Source: a virus. From it: DNA of 64,000 bases. The position numbers were made by a program, and so were the translations under genes. A model generated the notes under the pieces. That model was not told where the DNA came from, searched no databases, and was given only the letters and a program-made list of their open reading frames with translations. Positions 60,536 through 64,000 of the stretch are shown one piece after another (within the stretch, counting starts at the first letter, position 1; the number at the start of each line of letters is the position of its first letter). Location: positions 1-64,000 of the IMG/VR virus record IMGVR_UViG_3300045943_000001; one strand, written 5' to 3'.

Positions 60536-61609
60536 ATGATTCCTCAAGCTCTTTCTTTAGGAGCTACGCTGCTTCAGCTAGCTACTAACTTCGGTGCTAA
60601 CAAGAAAGGTGTGGAAACGGCTGGTAAAATCATTGATGGCGCAGCGGCGACATACAATGTTCTACAGACTGGTAACGTTGCCAAGTCTGCATCCAAAACT
60701 CTGATCTCGCCTTTAGTTGCTATTGAAGATACCCTTCTGCATCAGGACTACATGAATGACCTGATGACTGTTATCAACCTTCGCGACATTAATGATGTCC
60801 TGGCTCACTTTGCTCTGCAAGGTAGCGTAAATGGTATCAAAGTCACTGACCTGATTGACGGTATCCAACCACGCCGTGCAGGCTTCATGTCACTGGCAGG
60901 CGCAGAAGCATTTGGTCAACCGGCTACCGCCAAGAAAGTTCAGCAGAACGTTGTGACTGTCAACGGTAAACAGGTTGCTGATCTTCAGGATTATAAACCT
61001 CTGGCAATCGGTCGTACTGTTGACGCATCTGTTACCATCGATGGGATTACCCAGACATTTCCTCTGACTTTCCGTCAGACACCTGTACCGGTAACTTCAA
61101 ACGATCTTCAAAGGATCTTCGAAGCTGCCCGGCCGCAGGATGGTTGGTTAGCTCGTATCATGATGGCGAAGACAGGTGAGATCACCTCTCCTGAATTACT
61201 GACTGGCGAAGACGAGATCAAACGCGAATTCCAGATTCGTAAAAACGATCTGTCCGGTTACTATAATGAAGCAACCGACCGTGCTAGTAAAAATACCATG
61301 GCTGCATTGCGCACCGGTATTGTCAGCATGAACTCCCAGGCCAACACCATTATTCTGTCTGCTGAGACCGCTCGCAATATCGAGCTGGAGCTGGGTGTAC
61401 GTTTCGATGGTAGTGGCATTAACAAAATTCGTAAAGCGGTGCTGGCTAATACTATCGTTGTTGTTAACGATGCATTGGGTCTGTTCACTTTCTATTACGC
61501 TGGCAACAACATGCCCGAAGAATGGACTCAGCGTCAGATCACCGTGAATGCTAAGAAAGACACGTCGATGGATCTGGCTTCTCTGGCTAAACTGTTTGGT
61601 GGACGTTAA
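60536..61609 (+). CDS. hypothetical protein (357 aa)
   Basis: ATG (MIPQALS...) lies 9 nt after ggag. The alternative ATG at 60524 is only 12 nt from the divergent gene. Confidence 0.8.
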   Translation: MIPQALSLGATLLQLATNFGANKKGVETAGKIIDGAAATYNVLQTGNVAKSASKTLISPLVAIEDTLLHQDYMNDLMTVINLRDINDVLAHFALQGSVNGIKVTDLIDGIQPRRAGFMSLAGAEAFGQPATAKKVQQNVVTVNGKQVADLQDYKPLAIGRTVDASVTIDGITQTFPLTFRQTPVPVTSNDLQRIFEAARPQDGWLARIMMAKTGEITSPELLTGEDEIKREFQIRKNDLSGYYNEATDRASKNTMAALRTGIVSMNSQANTIILSAETARNIELELGVRFDGSGINKIRKAVLANTIVVVNDALGLFTFYYAGNNMPEEWTQRQITVNAKKDTSMDLASLAKLFGGR

Positions 61610-61612
61610 TTC

Positions 61613-62485
61613 ATGATCATTATTAGTGACACTCCAAAAACCGATGTGATTGTTTCCATCGATAAAGAACTCGTTTACCTTCGTGGTCTGAGCGATACCA
61701 TCAGCCTGCTGCGCGATAGCTCCGATAACATGAGTGCCGTTGAAGTCTATGTTCAACGTAACGCCGTGTTGAAAGGGATTGAAAACGATATCCGTAAGTC
61801 CATCGACTCTCGCAGCACTCTGGTCGGTTCTATGGATTTCGCTATCAAGCAACTGCTTGCTTGGGTACCCAAACTCAAAGAACGTATCATCCGCGGTAAA
61901 ACTGAAACGTTTGATACTGAAACCATTACCTTTAAAGAAAAAGGTATTCTGGATTCAATTGCTGCGATCAACTTCTTTAACCGTTATGCGGGCATCGTGT
62001 TAGATATCGTTCTGACCGAAGCGAATAAAGAAGTGAACATGAACACGTTCCTGACCAAGGTCGATCTCGCTCTTTTTAATAATACTCCGAAATACTTCTC
62101 TAATCTGGTCGTGAAATTCTCGCAGTCTACCAAGACGCTGGAAACCATGATCGACGATCTGACTGATGAGCCGTATGACGCACAGTCTGAAGAAGTCCTG
62201 GCTGCCACAGTAGGTGACAAGGCAGTTACAGTTCAACGTAACCTTGCTCCTCATCAGTTGAACCCACTGTACTGGTGGAGACGTCAACGTATGAAGAAAG
62301 ATATCAAAGTCATCATTGATTCCAATGCGGATATCGACATGTTGGCAATGAAAATCGCTCGCCTGAACAACCGTCGCACCGGTGCTGAAGATCCAGGTCT
62401 GGAACGTCAGATCGAAATCTATCAGGATGAGATCATTAAGAAACAGGGCAAGATCGCCCAAATCGAGGCGCGCTATGGCAACTGA
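61613..62485 (+). CDS. hypothetical protein (290 aa)
   Basis: ATG 3 nt after the upstream stop. Confidence 0.8.
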   Translation: MIIISDTPKTDVIVSIDKELVYLRGLSDTISLLRDSSDNMSAVEVYVQRNAVLKGIENDIRKSIDSRSTLVGSMDFAIKQLLAWVPKLKERIIRGKTETFDTETITFKEKGILDSIAAINFFNRYAGIVLDIVLTEANKEVNMNTFLTKVDLALFNNTPKYFSNLVVKFSQSTKTLETMIDDLTDEPYDAQSEEVLAATVGDKAVTVQRNLAPHQLNPLYWWRRQRMKKDIKVIIDSNADIDMLAMKIARLNNRRTGAEDPGLERQIEIYQDEIIKKQGKIAQIEARYGN

Positions 62486-63005
62486 GTTTAAGTATCTTAA
62501 ATTCGGTTTAGTCCCTGCAAATTTCGACAATGGAATCCTGGAGAATAATGAACGGATCATTAATTCGTTCTTGAATGGCTGGGGTTCTTTCCAACTGATG
62601 AGTGATGCGCAAGCACATGCTGAGATCTTCGGTATCACACGTCGTTACATTGGTGCCAACTTCCGTAACTGGTTGATTGTCAATTTCCGTAACGGTGGTG
62701 GTGCTCGTAAAGAGTTGTCTCGCAAAATCGTTGGTTATATTGCAGGCCGATTCTCAGGTGCGGTTGTTATCAACCAACTGAAGATTGACTTTAACCGAAT
62801 TCAGAACATGAGTATTAAAGGCGAACCTATGTCTTTATCACTCATCTATGATGCACACCAGAATGGTCGGGTAGAGTATAAAGTAGAAGATGTGGATTTC
62901 TCGATTATCGAAGATCGTCACTTCTTTGACTTCATGGCTCTTATCGGTCCTGAGCTTGCAGCGAAATTCTGTTTAAGCATGGACGGTATCTACTATGACA
63001 AGTAA
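62475..63005 (+). CDS. hypothetical protein (176 aa)
   Basis: ATG (MATEFKY...) overlaps the upstream stop (ATGGCAACTGA). The longer track start is a non-ATG codon inside the previous gene. Confidence 0.7.
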   Translation: MATEFKYLKFGLVPANFDNGILENNERIINSFLNGWGSFQLMSDAQAHAEIFGITRRYIGANFRNWLIVNFRNGGGARKELSRKIVGYIAGRFSGAVVINQLKIDFNRIQNMSIKGEPMSLSLIYDAHQNGRVEYKVEDVDFSIIEDRHFFDFMALIGPELAAKFCLSMDGIYYDK

Positions 63006-64000
63006 CTTAGTGGGTGATCTGAAAGCAGCAGCTGTTAATCCCGCGTCTGTTCAGAGTGTCCCTAAGCTTACTGAAGAAGCACGTGATGCGATTGATAACT
63101 TTCGCATCAACCTCAAAGTCCGTGAAGAACTTCAAGCCGCATTAAGCAAAGTTGAAGACAACGAAGATTTTGAGATTACGCCAGACATGGCTAGCTCGGT
63201 GGACACGTTAGTTTCCCAGAATCCCAATCTCCGGGTTTCTAACGGATCGACCACTGTGGCAGGTAATGAAGCTTTCGGAATTAACATTACCCCGAAAGAA
63301 TGGCGTACGACGCGTGCTGTGGTCCTGCGTGAGATGTTGGGGGAGACCTACAAGAACATCAAGCGCTGGGCCAACCAGTTGGTGGAAAACTTCCACCGTA
63401 GCTGGGTTGAATTGACTACCTCAACTGAAGTCCTGGAAACTCGTCTGGAAGCGTTAGATGCTTTACTAGATGTAATCGGACAGGTCAGAGAGGGATGTAC
63501 CGAGGTAGAGCTGAATGAGCTAATTACTCGGTCTCTTTCTAAAGGTGGTCGATTCCTGAATGGTGACACGGCAAAACAACTGCAAGGTGAAGTTAACTAT
63601 ATATTCTCTTGCTTGCGTGTTTGGGAGATGGAGCAGACTCGTTATAAGAACTCGGTGATTCGTTACTTTGGTAACGAGAAGAACACCGACATTCTTGATA
63701 TTGAACGCCAGATTCCCAAGCTGTTTAATCAGCGATCCAAGCTGGTCGATGACGAAGGCGGCATGTTAGTAGCGCGTCAGACATTCCCGATGCTGGATGG
63801 CGTAATGTTTCAGGGTATCTCTCTGGACCAACGTTGGGTGAAAGACAACATCATTGTCCCCACTGACAACACCCTTTATGCTGACAGTCTGTCGATGACG
63901 GGTTATCATGTTATCAAAGATGGAAGCGAACGCTCTGGGAAAGTTTCAATGAAGATCCTTTCATTGACACAGATCTATGTTATTCGTGACATTATTCAAT
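62995..64000 (+). CDS. hypothetical protein, 3' end outside window (absent from the ORF track)
   Basis: ATG at 62995 overlaps the upstream stop (ATGACAAGTAA). The frame stays open for 335 codons to the window edge (MTSNLVGDLKAAAVNP...). Confidence 0.7.
   Translation, partial: MTSNLVGDLKAAAVNPASVQSVPKLTEEARDAIDNFRINLKVREELQAALSKVEDNEDFEITPDMASSVDTLVSQNPNLRVSNGSTTVAGNEAFGINITPKEWRTTRAVVLREMLGETYKNIKRWANQLVENFHRSWVELTTSTEVLETRLEALDALLDVIGQVREGCTEVELNELITRSLSKGGRFLNGDTAKQLQGEVNYIFSCLRVWEMEQTRYKNSVIRYFGNEKNTDILDIERQIPKLFNQRSKLVDDEGGMLVARQTFPMLDGVMFQGISLDQRWVKDNIIVPTDNTLYADSLSMTGYHVIKDGSERSGKVSMKILSLTQIYVIRDIIQ

Noticed and set aside
61196-62638. Two long minus-strand ORFs (218 aa and 212 aa)
   Set aside because: Both are antisense to well-supported plus-strand genes with coupled starts. 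They have no RBS and implausible composition.

Overview
This 64-kb window is densely coding, with about 74 CDS, mostly on the plus strand. It looks like a segment of a nucleus-forming jumbo phage (phiKZ-like, Chimalliviridae) with enterobacterial-style codon usage. It may be a Goslar-like phage, but that is a guess from memory, not a search.

All calls come from reading motifs in the translated ORFs and the DNA. No database search was run, and about 50 ORFs remain hypothetical.

Core genes recognised from motifs:
- tubulin-like PhuZ (9164-10114)
- a 637-aa chimallin (nuclear shell) candidate (17609-19522)
- directly after it, an RNAP beta-prime N-terminal fragment with a Zn ribbon and the ADFDGD site (19610-21202)
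- an RNAP beta C-terminal fragment (32432-34531) abutting a beta-prime C-terminal fragment (34509-36530)
- a second, paralogous beta-prime fragment on the minus strand (44224-45534)
- a family-B DNA polymerase split into two distant genes: 50573-52462 (minus) carries Exo I-III and motif A; 13236-15314 (plus) carries motifs B and C
- an Mre11/SbcD-like nuclease
- an SSB-like protein with an E. coli-SSB-like acidic tip
- an SF2 DEAH helicase

Accessory content worth attention:
- an orphan HigA-type antitoxin/HTH gene (37004-37336) wedged between two paralogous small genes
- three tandem paralogues following it (37665-38819)
- a protein with a C-terminal 2H-phosphoesterase signature (22093-22815)
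- an unlisted 54-aa membrane ORF (22907-23071)
- a membrane-anchored HExxH protease (52481-53752)
- an HNH/NUMOD4-like endonuclease (42179-42772)
- a pectate-lyase-like depolymerase cassette (5949-7730)
- a paralogous family with a conserved N-terminal 50-aa module ending in AGQE
- a Met/Asn-rich low-complexity tail encoded by a 15-nt tandem repeat
- a probable frameshift or gene fusion at 10815-10915

Non-coding signals:
- about 20 hairpin terminators, half of them sharing a CTAC/GTAG stem core
- a recurrent intergenic box, ATATTATC-N2-4-TGTRTAA, lying 36-45 nt upstream of start codons

I saw no tRNA, rRNA or CRISPR array.
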